A stretch of DNA of 64,000 bases. Source: an uncultured Bacteroidota bacterium. Lineage in GTDB: Bacteria; Bacteroidota; Bacteroidia; Bacteroidales; FEN-979. Position 1 is the stretch's first letter. Every line of letters begins with the position of its first letter. The position numbers and the translations under genes were made by a program. Of the stretch, positions 44,737 through 52,890 are shown piece after piece. The notes under the pieces were generated by a model, which saw only the letters and a program-made list of their open reading frames with translations, was not told the DNA's origin and searched no databases. The DNA lies in NCBI GenBank assembly GCA_937900965.1, contig CALCGJ010000031.1:17341-81340 (forward strand), given 5' to 3'.

Positions 44737-46107
44737 ATGAAACAAGTGAGAGAATTAACTTCTTCAGCAATCCTGGTACTGTTTGCGATCATCTTCTTAT
44801 CATTAAATTCATGTACATCATGGACATCCGGAGATTTTGTCCCTTCCCGGCATCCTGAATGGAGCAAAAACGCCACTATTTACGAAGTCAATATCCGGCA
44901 ATTCACACCGGAAGGTACCTTTGCAGCATTTGAGGAGCACCTGCCGCGACTTCAGAAGATGGGGATCAAGATCCTGTGGCTTATGCCTATCCAGCCAATC
45001 GGTGTCGTAAACCGGAAGGGAACCCTTGGAAGTTATTATTCTGTTAAGGACTACCTTTCAGTCAATCCTGAATACGGGACCCTTGATGATTTCAAACAGC
45101 TTGTGAATAAAACACATAAGATGGGGATGTATCTCATCATCGACTGGGTTGCTAACCACACAGCATGGGACAATGCTCTAATCACCGAACACCCTGAATG
45201 GTATAAGCACAACGAGGAAGGAAATATTATTCCACCTGTTGCCGACTGGACCGATGTGGCCTGGCTGGATTACAATCAACCCGAGGTATGGAATTATATG
45301 AATGATGCACTTCAATTCTGGATCAAAGAGTGTGATATTGATGGCTATCGCTGTGATGTGGCCGGAATGGTACCTGTAGCTTTCTGGGACACAGTTGTTC
45401 CGCAATTAAAAGCGATCAGGGAGTTGTTTATGCTGGCCGAATGGGAGACACCCGATATGCACGACACGGCTTTCGATGCCACCTACTCATGGGATCTTTA
45501 TCACCTAATGAACCAGATCGCGAAAGGAGAAAAAAGTGCAAACGTCATTGATACATTGTTAATAACGGAGCGGAACACTTATCCTCCGCATGCATATCGT
45601 ATGCGTTTCACAACCAACCACGATGAGAACTCGTGGAACGGAACGGTATTCGAAAGACTGGGAGAAGGAGCTGAAGCCTTTGCAGCCTTCACCTTTACTT
45701 TCCCGGGTATCCCTTTGATCTATTCAGGCCAGGAAGCCGCACTGGATAAGCGGCTGTCATTCTTTGAAAAGGACTCCATCGCGTGGGGAGAAATTCCATT
45801 GGGTGACTTTTACGCCAGGCTTGTCCGGTTAAAAGCCTGCCATCCTTCACTCCGGAGTGGTGACGACGGAGGAGAGTTTACCCGGGTTACGACATCAGCT
45901 GATACTGCGGTGTACGCATTTCTCAGAACCCTGGGTGACGACCGGGTACTATCCGTATTCAACTTCACTCCTGTGACACAATCATTCTCCTTAACAAGCG
46001 AGGCTATCAATGGAACCTATAAGGAGGTCTTCACGGATAAAGATTGGACATTCGAAGGTAATGATACCATTTCGTTAGGTCCCTGGGGATTTTTAATTCT
46101 GCTGTAA
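44737..46107 (+). CDS. GH13 alpha-amylase-family lipoprotein (compact ~430-aa catalytic core)
   Basis: The lipobox is LSLNSC|T. The GH13 regions are IIDWVANHT, GYRCDVAGM, MLAEWE and FTTNHDENS. Confidence 0.85.
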   Translation: MKQVRELTSSAILVLFAIIFLSLNSCTSWTSGDFVPSRHPEWSKNATIYEVNIRQFTPEGTFAAFEEHLPRLQKMGIKILWLMPIQPIGVVNRKGTLGSYYSVKDYLSVNPEYGTLDDFKQLVNKTHKMGMYLIIDWVANHTAWDNALITEHPEWYKHNEEGNIIPPVADWTDVAWLDYNQPEVWNYMNDALQFWIKECDIDGYRCDVAGMVPVAFWDTVVPQLKAIRELFMLAEWETPDMHDTAFDATYSWDLYHLMNQIAKGEKSANVIDTLLITERNTYPPHAYRMRFTTNHDENSWNGTVFERLGEGAEAFAAFTFTFPGIPLIYSGQEAALDKRLSFFEKDSIAWGEIPLGDFYARLVRLKACHPSLRSGDDGGEFTRVTTSADTAVYAFLRTLGDDRVLSVFNFTPVTQSFSLTSEAINGTYKEVFTDKDWTFEGNDTISLGPWGFLILL

Positions 46108-47430
46108 ATTCGGATTGACATCAATCTCCCGCTGAGGGATCAGGTATATCAAACTTCGGTCGTTCCATGGGAGGTCCTTGCCTGATATTTTATCCCTTTT
46201 CAAACGCTTCATGTTAAAGAAGTTATCACCCTGAAAGCAGAGCTCTTTGAAACGTTCGTAATAGATCCATGTAGAATTTATACTTGTCGAATCTTTTACA
46301 CCAGCACGTTTCCTGACTACATTGAGATCCTCCAAAGCACCCTGGGCATCCCCCTGGTTGAAGCGGGACTCACAACGATTAAGGTAGACCTCAGCCAGCC
46401 GGATCAGTGGAATATTCATATACCGGTCGTCGAACATAGAGGTAAAGTATTTCCCATCTTTAGAAAAGAAAAACTTGGTATATCGTTGATCATCTGGTCC
46501 ACCTGTAAATGTAAAAACTTTCAGTACACCTGTGGAGGGGCTGAATTTGCCATTGCTGGCCAGCCGGTAATAACCGTTCAGTGTACCTGCTGATGTACTG
46601 GTCTGTGTGCTGAGTACCGCAAAAATTATCTCTGAGGTCACAGTACTACCGAAGTTATCCACCACACTGTCGACCAGTTTGAAACCGCCATCATTGATAA
46701 CCTCTGTGGAGATATCAATGCAATTCTGGTACTGGTCAAGGTAAAAATAGACACGAGACAACAACGCTTTTGCCGACCATTTCGTGGCCCGGTTGCTGTT
46801 GGAAGCCGGCAACAGATCAGCTGCTAAAGTCAGGTCCGTTACGATCTGAGCATACACTTCATCAACAGTATTTCTGGATGGCCTGGCATCAATTCCTGTT
46901 GGTGCCAGGATCAAAGGAACTCCCAGTCCATTTGCTGATGATCCAGGTACTGAATTTCCCAGGTATCTGACCATATCGAAATAGATCATGGCACGTATAA
47001 AGAGGCATTCGCCGCGAAGCCGGTTTGCATCTTCCTCGGCAGGAGCCACTAAAGGAACTGCCTCAATGATAGAGTTGGCCATATTGATCGTGAAGTAGCA
47101 TCGGTCCCAGAAAGAGGCTGACAAACGGTTATCGGGCGACATGTTCTTCTCCAGCATCTGGGTCTCTTCGTAAACGATGTTTCCCTGTCCCGAATTCTTT
47201 ACGTTATTGCAGAGCATATCACCACAGGCCCAGATGTTTCCACCATACAGGTCCCCGTTCTGAAGGGCGTTGTAGGTTCCCAGTAATGCAGCCTGCAAGC
47301 CGTCGTAGGTGGTCAGGGCTGTTTCATCTGAAATGCTTTTGCTGGGTACTTTGTTGGTTATCTTCTCACAGGCTGTAAGTACAATGAGAATCAAAACAAA
47401 TCCTAGAGTCAGGTTTAATATCTTTTTCAT
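46093..47430 (-). CDS. susD: SusD/RagB-family nutrient-binding outer-membrane lipoprotein
   Basis: The lipobox is IVLTAC|E. It has a TPR-like helical composition and lies immediately downstream of the SusC-like gene. Its 3' end overlaps the convergent GH13 gene by 15 nt. Confidence 0.85.
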   Translation of the reverse strand: MKKILNLTLGFVLILIVLTACEKITNKVPSKSISDETALTTYDGLQAALLGTYNALQNGDLYGGNIWACGDMLCNNVKNSGQGNIVYEETQMLEKNMSPDNRLSASFWDRCYFTINMANSIIEAVPLVAPAEEDANRLRGECLFIRAMIYFDMVRYLGNSVPGSSANGLGVPLILAPTGIDARPSRNTVDEVYAQIVTDLTLAADLLPASNSNRATKWSAKALLSRVYFYLDQYQNCIDISTEVINDGGFKLVDSVVDNFGSTVTSEIIFAVLSTQTSTSAGTLNGYYRLASNGKFSPSTGVLKVFTFTGGPDDQRYTKFFFSKDGKYFTSMFDDRYMNIPLIRLAEVYLNRCESRFNQGDAQGALEDLNVVRKRAGVKDSTSINSTWIYYERFKELCFQGDNFFNMKRLKRDKISGKDLPWNDRSLIYLIPQREIDVNPNLQQN

Positions 47431-47448
47431 GATTCTTCGGTTTTGAGA

Positions 47449-50400
47449 TTAAAAATTAAGATTCACTCCGAACGAAAAGGTCTTCGCCTGCGGAGGGCTG
47501 AGATAGGTAACCCCTTGTGTGATGTTACCGCTTTGGTCGCGGTTGACTTCAGGATCCCACCCGCCGTATTTAGTCCATGTCCACCAGTTCTGAGCCAGGA
47601 AATAGACACGGATACTGGACATCGCAATTGTCTTTGACCAGTTGGATGGCAGCGTATACCCGATGGTAAATGTCTTCAGCCGGATAAAAGCGCCATCATC
47701 CAGGTACCTTGTAGAGTTGTGGGTAGAATAGGTATTTTCCCAAAGCAGTTGTGGTGTCTCTGCATCATCGCCAGGTTTCGTCCAGTGGTTCTCGATCGTG
47801 GTCATCTGGTTCCAGTTTGCTCCGATCGAGCCACCTTCGAAAAACTTTCCATCATCACGGTAGACATCATTTCCCCACTGAAAGGTGAACAGGATTGAGG
47901 CATCGATGCCTTTCCATGAAAAGATATTATTGAAACCTCCAAACCAGGAAGGATAGGGATTTCCGGTCACTTTTGCATTGTTGGCAAAAAAGTCAGGATC
48001 TCCGTCATCCCATGGACCGATAGTTCCATCAGCCAGAACGAACAATTCCGTTCCTGTCTGCGGATCTACACCATAGTACTCAACAAGCCTCCATGCTCCT
48101 ACCGGGCTCCCCTCCTGTGCATAGTTGTTACCATAGTTCTCTCCGGCCACAATTTGTCCCTGGATATCAAGGATCTCATTTTTGTTGTTGTTGATGTTGA
48201 ATTCAGTCTGCCACTTGAATTTACCCACCAGGTTATTGCTGGTGATAAACAACTCGACCCCTCTGTTCTGCATGGTTCCCACGTTCATGGTTACGCTGGA
48301 TGCCCCGCTGGTTTGCGGGATATTGACATTCAACAACATATCGGAAGTATACTTATAGTAATAATCAAATCCTCCCGAGATCCGTCCACCCCATAATGCG
48401 TAGTCAAGACCCACATCAAGCTGGGAGGTCTTTTCCCAACCAAGGTTTGGATTTCCGATAATATCCAGCTTGATTCCCGGTTCACCGTTGTAACGGGTTG
48501 AATTATAGGAGCCGAAATAGCGGTAATTCCCGATTTCTGCATTCCCGGTCATTCCGTAGCTTGTCCTGAATTTCAGATAGGAAAGTACTTTTTTCATACC
48601 TTCCGGATAGAACTTCTCTTCAGTAATAGTCCATCCGATTGAGGTAGCGGGGAACCATCCCCATTTATTTCCGGGACCAAACCTGGAAGAGGCATCACGA
48701 CGCAAACTGAAGGTAAAATAATACCTGTTGGCGAAGTTATAAGTGGCCCGCCCGATATAAGATAAAAACCCATAAGATTCCGTCCAGTTATCGGCAGTGA
48801 TAATGGAAGCGCTTCCGGGTTGGGTGAGGTCAGGGCTTGGAAAATCGGAACCGGTTATCCAGTTTCCATACTCATTGCTGTTTTGCACCTGAAAACCGAG
48901 GAATGCGGACAAGGCATGCTTGTTAAAGGTCTTATCGATATTGAGTGATAGCAGGTTTGTATATGACTCAACCTGAACCCTCCGGTCGGTAGCAACAGCA
49001 TTTTCATGGGTGATTGTCCCTTCATATTTATAATCTTTCAGGTACATGTTGTTCAAACCGAAATCATTCCGCAGTGATAACCATTTGGTGAAATGAAACT
49101 CGCCAAATACATTTCCGATGATGGAAAAAGTATTCGCTGAATAGGTAAGGTCATCCCGGGTAGCAACCACATTTGTGAAATTTGAGCTCTTAGGTGCAAA
49201 AAAGCCTCCTGTGGAGGTATAGACCGGCATAATTGGCAATGAGCGGCTTTGAGCTGTTCCAATTCCCCCGGCCCAGCCGGTTGGTACCCGGTTGTTGATC
49301 GTGTAGGACACTCCAACATTGGCTCCGAATTTAAACTTGTCAGATGCAATGTGAGAAAAATTTACCCTTCCGTTGATCCTCTTGAACTTATTATCCTGGA
49401 TAAATCCCTTTTCACCATAATAGGCTCCGTTTATGAAATACTGGGTTTTGGCAGTTCCTCCGGTAGCCGAAAGGGAGGCATTTTGCAGGAACCCAGTGTT
49501 AAGCATCTCATCGAGCCAGTTTGTGTTGGTATTATCAATAACGTTCTTATTGGCATCATAGGTTTCCATTTTCTGCTGGTCGGAAAAGCTATTGTAATCT
49601 CCTTCAAAAAGGAGGTTGGTATTGTAAATACCGTATGGTAACTGTTCATAGTATTCCTGTTCCGTACCCATGGTGGAGTTGAACCAGGCCTCTTTGGTAA
49701 GCCTCAGGTAAGCAGGACCGTCAAGGATCTTCAATCGGTTGGTTACGGTATTGAAACCAGCCCAGTAATTGAAACTGAAAAGGGTCTTTGGTTCACCTTT
49801 GCCAAGTTTTCCCTGTTTTGTTGTGATAAGAACCACACCATTCGATGACCGGGCTCCATATATAGCAGCCGCAGCCGCATCTTTCAGAATCTCAATCGAA
49901 GCAATATCGGCCGGATCGATCTGGGAGAGGACATTAGACTTATCCGGAAATCCCGATTCATTGGTATAACTCCCCGAGATGGCTGGAACTCCATCGACAA
50001 CATAAAGAGGTTCACTACTGGCCAGAATGGAGGAGGTTCCACGGATACGGAAGGTAACAGCCCCCCCCGGAAGTCCATTATCACTTGTTATTTGAACTCC
50101 GGGTGTACGACCTTGCAATGCCTTCCCAAAATTCTCCACGGGTATTGACTCGATCTCTTTGGCCTTCACTGTAGTGATAGAGCTTGTAATATCCCGCTTT
50201 CGTTCGGTACCATATCCAACCACCACTATCTCGTCCAGCATCAGGTTATCCTCAGCGATTTTAAAATTCTGGATCACTGTCTTCCCCTGAACGATTGTTA
50301 TCGGTGCAGACATTGTCTGATACCCTATATAACTGCATACCAGCACCTGATTTCCTGCAGGTGCATCAAAGGAGTATTGCCCATCAAGATTTGTGGACAC

Positions 50401-50568
50401 CCCAATGGTCGTCCCTTCAATGTATACGTTGGCTCCGGGAATTTTCTCCCCTGTCTGCGAATCCTCAACAATCCCGGTAATCACGCCGGTTTGTGAGAAA
50501 CCACTCAGCCCGCAGAGCACCAAAACGATAGAAACGAACCATGACTTCAAACGTACAATTTTCCTCAT
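47449..50568 (-). CDS. susC: SusC/RagA-family TonB-dependent outer-membrane transporter
   Basis: It has a signal peptide, a carboxypeptidase-regulatory-like domain (ITGIVEDSQTGEKIPGANVYIEGTTIGVSTNLDGQYSF), a plug (DEIVVVGYGT…) and a C-terminal beta-barrel ending …GVNLNF. Confidence 0.92.
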   Translation of the reverse strand: MRKIVRLKSWFVSIVLVLCGLSGFSQTGVITGIVEDSQTGEKIPGANVYIEGTTIGVSTNLDGQYSFDAPAGNQVLVCSYIGYQTMSAPITIVQGKTVIQNFKIAEDNLMLDEIVVVGYGTERKRDITSSITTVKAKEIESIPVENFGKALQGRTPGVQITSDNGLPGGAVTFRIRGTSSILASSEPLYVVDGVPAISGSYTNESGFPDKSNVLSQIDPADIASIEILKDAAAAAIYGARSSNGVVLITTKQGKLGKGEPKTLFSFNYWAGFNTVTNRLKILDGPAYLRLTKEAWFNSTMGTEQEYYEQLPYGIYNTNLLFEGDYNSFSDQQKMETYDANKNVIDNTNTNWLDEMLNTGFLQNASLSATGGTAKTQYFINGAYYGEKGFIQDNKFKRINGRVNFSHIASDKFKFGANVGVSYTINNRVPTGWAGGIGTAQSRSLPIMPVYTSTGGFFAPKSSNFTNVVATRDDLTYSANTFSIIGNVFGEFHFTKWLSLRNDFGLNNMYLKDYKYEGTITHENAVATDRRVQVESYTNLLSLNIDKTFNKHALSAFLGFQVQNSNEYGNWITGSDFPSPDLTQPGSASIITADNWTESYGFLSYIGRATYNFANRYYFTFSLRRDASSRFGPGNKWGWFPATSIGWTITEEKFYPEGMKKVLSYLKFRTSYGMTGNAEIGNYRYFGSYNSTRYNGEPGIKLDIIGNPNLGWEKTSQLDVGLDYALWGGRISGGFDYYYKYTSDMLLNVNIPQTSGASSVTMNVGTMQNRGVELFITSNNLVGKFKWQTEFNINNNKNEILDIQGQIVAGENYGNNYAQEGSPVGAWRLVEYYGVDPQTGTELFVLADGTIGPWDDGDPDFFANNAKVTGNPYPSWFGGFNNIFSWKGIDASILFTFQWGNDVYRDDGKFFEGGSIGANWNQMTTIENHWTKPGDDAETPQLLWENTYSTHNSTRYLDDGAFIRLKTFTIGYTLPSNWSKTIAMSSIRVYFLAQNWWTWTKYGGWDPEVNRDQSGNITQGVTYLSPPQAKTFSFGVNLNF

Positions 50569-50651
50569 AGCTGCTATGTTTAATGATTACTATTCGTTGT
50601 TGTAAAAATAAAAAAAAATGTTGTCACAAGATAATATCTTTTTATTTTAAT

Positions 50652-50659
50652 TATATTTG
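50652..50659 (+). promoter_or_regulatory. Candidate -7 box TATATTTG
   Basis: It matches TAnnTTTG. It lies in the AT-rich divergent spacer, 44 nt upstream of the ATG at 50703. Confidence 0.4.
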
Positions 50660-50702
50660 TGTACGATAAACCGTCAAAAAATCAACATTAATCCAAACGC
50701 GT

Positions 50703-52712
50703 ATGAAAAAATTTACTTTGAACTTATTAAAAAGCATGCTGGTGCTGGTTGCATTTGCTGCTGTTTTGAGTGTTTCCCATGCACAGATGCCCGCCGCTAT
50801 CACGATTGAGCCGGCCGGCGCAACCGTGTTTGATGACATTACTCTCACCTTCAACCCCGAGATGGCCTGCTTCCAGAATGCATCCCTTGCCGGTGTACCC
50901 CTGGTTTATATGCATTCAGGTGTAAGAATTGGTGGAAATAACTGGCAGAATGTTGTGGAATACAATGCGGTTGGCGCCAACGGAGAGTCACCACACCTGC
51001 AACCCAATGGCGACGGCACTTACTCTATTTCTTATAATCCCGCCGCTTTCTATGACATCGCCCCAGGAACCATTGTGACACATATTTGTGCCGTGTTCAA
51101 TGATGGCCAATGGGATTCCAAGGATGGACGTGATTTCGATCCTGCCAATCCGCCGAATTGCATGGACTTCTTCATTCCTTTGGCATTCACCTCCACTGAT
51201 CCAAAATTCTCGTTCAAAGTGAATATGAATAAAGCTTTTAACGAAGGGATCTTTGATCCTGTTTCCGATGATGTTTATGCCATCGTTGCTGAAAGGGTCG
51301 ATCCCATTCTCCTTGATCCGAGCGTAGATCTTATCTATACGGGCACCCTGGAAGCAGGACTCGATTCAGGTGTGGTATACAACATCCATTTCAGGATCAA
51401 TGATGACCTGAACGAAGATGTAACCCGTCCCTATACAGCGGTCCCGGGAAATGTCGAAATCGATGTTTGGTGGAACGACGATCCGATCAATGCAGTCGTT
51501 TTCCAGTGCGATATGACATACCAGGTTGACCTGGGTACCTTTGATCCGGCTGTTGACTTCCTGGATATAGCAGGAAGTATGAATGGCTGGTCAGGATCAC
51601 CTCATATGGCCCAGGTTGGCACATCATTCGTTTACGAGATCTCATACACCCTTGAGGCCGGAACAATTTATGAATACAAATACCGGATCAACGGTGACTG
51701 GGCCACCTCCGAGTTCCCTGACGGAGGCCCCAACCGGATGTTCCTCGCTCCTTCCGAGCCCAAAACAGTTCTGAACATTTACAACGATTTCAACCCGGCT
51801 ACCATCCCGATGCTGTTCCAGTGCAACATGTCCTACCAGATCTCGGCAGGTCATTTTGATCCTATGGTCGACTATCTCGACATTGCCGGAAATATGAACG
51901 GATGGGGAGCATACGACGTTTGTTTCGACCGGGGTAACGATCAAGTCTATGTGATTACCATGATGATCGATACGATCAATGTTGGCGGATCTCCCATTGA
52001 GTTTAAATTCAGGTTTAACGGCGACTGGGGCACATCAGAATTCCCGGGAGGCGGCCCAAACCGTAAATACAACCTCCAGGATACTACGGGTGGATTTATG
52101 AATACCTATTATTGCTGGTATTCCGATCTGGACCCAAGTGTAGCTACTCCTCCCTGGGCCTATGACCTGATGATCGATGGAACACTTACTGTCGGGAATG
52201 AACTGACTGGTGTTTATACCTATGAGAATGTCAATGGGATCCCCGAGGGAGCTTCAACATTCAAGTGGTACTGGGCTGATGATAACGCAGGCACCAACCT
52301 TACTGAGATTCCTGATGCCACCACCAAAAACTACACAACGCTAACTGCTGAGATCGGAAAATATGTCGCTTTTGAGGTGACCCCGATCGCTGCAAGTGGT
52401 GACTCAGCTGTAGGTTTGCCTGTGATGGTTTATACAGACGAACCAATTGGTGGCCTGGCTATCCAGGATGTAGGCAACACCTGGGTCAACTTCTACCCCA
52501 ACCCGGTAACTGACAAGATTACATTTGAGCACCTTGGCCAGATAACACGTATTGCTGTGTACAACCTCATGGGCCAGGAAGTAATGTCGGTAAGCAATGT
52601 CGCAACCCAAAAACTTACACTACCAACGACCACGCTGAAGGCTGGAGTCTATTTTGTGAGGTTCTTCACTCATGATCAAAGTATGGGTACTGCGAAGTTC
52701 CTGAAATTATAA
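50703..52712 (+). CDS. T9SS-secreted protein with several putative glycan-binding (CBM-like) modules; paralog of 32511..34118
   Basis: It has a signal peptide. The repeated modules are LDIAGSMNGWSGS…YKYRINGDWATSEFPDGGPNRMF and LDIAGNMNGWGAY…FKFRFNGDWGTSEFPGGGPNRKY. The T9SS tail is VNFYPNPVTDKITF…GVYFVRFF…AKFLKL. Confidence 0.75.
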   Translation: MKKFTLNLLKSMLVLVAFAAVLSVSHAQMPAAITIEPAGATVFDDITLTFNPEMACFQNASLAGVPLVYMHSGVRIGGNNWQNVVEYNAVGANGESPHLQPNGDGTYSISYNPAAFYDIAPGTIVTHICAVFNDGQWDSKDGRDFDPANPPNCMDFFIPLAFTSTDPKFSFKVNMNKAFNEGIFDPVSDDVYAIVAERVDPILLDPSVDLIYTGTLEAGLDSGVVYNIHFRINDDLNEDVTRPYTAVPGNVEIDVWWNDDPINAVVFQCDMTYQVDLGTFDPAVDFLDIAGSMNGWSGSPHMAQVGTSFVYEISYTLEAGTIYEYKYRINGDWATSEFPDGGPNRMFLAPSEPKTVLNIYNDFNPATIPMLFQCNMSYQISAGHFDPMVDYLDIAGNMNGWGAYDVCFDRGNDQVYVITMMIDTINVGGSPIEFKFRFNGDWGTSEFPGGGPNRKYNLQDTTGGFMNTYYCWYSDLDPSVATPPWAYDLMIDGTLTVGNELTGVYTYENVNGIPEGASTFKWYWADDNAGTNLTEIPDATTKNYTTLTAEIGKYVAFEVTPIAASGDSAVGLPVMVYTDEPIGGLAIQDVGNTWVNFYPNPVTDKITFEHLGQITRIAVYNLMGQEVMSVSNVATQKLTLPTTTLKAGVYFVRFFTHDQSMGTAKFLKL

Positions 52713-52754
52713 CATGACCTGATTACATAATCCCATTCCAAATGGGTCATTGAA

Positions 52755-52791
52755 CGTAGGGGCAATTCATGAATTGCCCCTACGTTTTTTT
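52755..52791 (+). terminator. Rho-independent terminator: perfect 30-nt palindrome plus T7
   Basis: cgtaggggcaattca|tgaattgcccctacg is exactly self-complementary and is followed by ttttttt. It lies 43 nt after the stop of 50703..52712. Confidence 0.8.
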
Positions 52792-52819
52792 ACCCGACGA
52801 TAATTGTAATCCCATCATG

Positions 52820-52837
52820 GGCGATTCATAAATCGCC
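52820..52837. repeat. Hairpin GGCGATT-cata-AATCGCC followed by TCTACAAT
   Basis: Read directly. It has the same hairpin+CTACAAT architecture as R2 and R3. Confidence 0.8.
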
Positions 52838-52861
52838 TCTACAATATCCCTGCAGATTTCG

Positions 52862-52869
52862 TACCTTTG
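52862..52869 (+). promoter_or_regulatory. Candidate -7 box TACCTTTG
   Basis: It matches TAnnTTTG and lies 22 nt upstream of the ATG at 52891. Confidence 0.45.
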
Positions 52870-52890
52870 CTGTAATTTAACGAATTGACC

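Noticed and set aside
50569-50702. A susC promoter in the divergent AT-rich spacer
   Set aside because: On the minus strand I found only a near-match (TATTTTTA) to TAnnTTTG, not an exact box. That is not enough to call a feature.
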